Below are positions 31,778 to 32,000 of a stretch of DNA of 32,000 nucleotides, piece after piece (positions within the stretch are counted from its first letter, which is position 1; the number at the start of each line of letters is the position of its first letter). The DNA lies in the NCBI GenBank assembly GCA_934613415.1, contig CAKTSY010000004.1, positions 60,001-92,000 of the forward strand. Direction: 5' to 3'. The notes beneath the pieces are model-generated. The model was not told where the DNA came from, ran no database searches, and saw nothing but the letters and a program-made list of their open reading frames with translations. A program made the translations under genes and the position numbers. Source of the stretch: an uncultured Opitutales bacterium (GTDB lineage Bacteria; Verrucomicrobiota; Verrucomicrobiia; Opitutales; Intestinicryptomonadaceae).

Positions 31778-32000
31778 TTAGTCGGCCTCGTTCATTGTTA
31801 CCTTAAGAACTTCGTCGGGGGTGGTTAACCCGCTTGCAAATTTGCGAACGCCATCTTCACGCATTGTTCTCATACCCAATTCGCGGGCTTTTTGCCTTAG
31901 CTCTACAAGGGTTCTGTTTTCGTAAATCATTTGCTGAATTTCTTCGTTTACGATAAACATTTCGAAAATACCCATTCGGCCCTTGTAACCTATGTTGTTG
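31778..32000 (-). CDS. C-terminal end of a second GspE/PilB-family ATPase (gene continues beyond the right edge)
   Basis: The frame stays open to the window edge (...[72 protein letters not shown]). It is clearly paralogous to the C-terminus of the 30065..31753 product ([16 protein letters not shown]...[12 protein letters not shown]...). Confidence 0.8.
   Translation of the reverse strand, partial: NNIGYKGRMGIFEMFIVNEEIQQMIYENRTLVELRQKARELGMRTMREDGVRKFASGLTTPDEVLKVTMNEAD

Overview
This is a gene-dense chromosomal window from a diderm, apparently anaerobic bacterium. The evidence for that is lipobox and Tat signals, an outer-membrane barrel, GspE/GspF genes, NrdDG and polyferredoxins. I make no firm taxonomic call. 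Shine-Dalgarno sites are mostly absent, so starts were chosen by homology and gene overlap rather than by ribosome-binding site.

Contents, left to right:
- A partial ABC-F ATPase (-).
- Class II fructose-bisphosphate aldolase and a PLP histidine-decarboxylase-like gene (+).
- tRNA-Ser(CGA), followed by three tandem copies of a ~106-bp structured repeat.
- An MFS sugar porter (-), tRNA-Ser(GCU), a K+ channel (-) and initiator tRNA-fMet.
- A long minus-strand operon, about 16.4 to 7.7 kb: NapH/NapG-like polyferredoxin, a Tat-lipoprotein aldo/keto reductase with Fe-S and DUF1893-like domains, larC, larE, larB and a CbiM(PDGLE)/CbiQ/CbiO-type Ni/Co ECF importer. An AraC regulator follows it.
- A small sugar-phosphate transferase.
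- A minus-strand signalling module: Ser/Thr kinase fused to DUF805, an ECF-type sigma factor, an unannotated 59-aa ORF and a 693-aa secreted protein.
- A GH13 lipoprotein amylase, an outer-membrane barrel protein and nrdD-nrdG (+).
- tRNA-Tyr and tRNA-Leu.
- gspF/pilC and two tandem gspE/pilB-family ATPases (-).

I saw no CRISPR array, rRNA, integrase or transposase.

The most interesting candidate is the nickel-pincer cofactor maturation set (LarBCE plus a Ni importer). It has no LarA in the window and is co-operonic with a predicted periplasmic Fe-S aldo/keto reductase and a membrane electron-transfer protein. The second candidate is the kinase/sigma/mini-ORF/secreted-protein module.

All domain calls come from motif recognition by eye and need HMM or BLAST confirmation.
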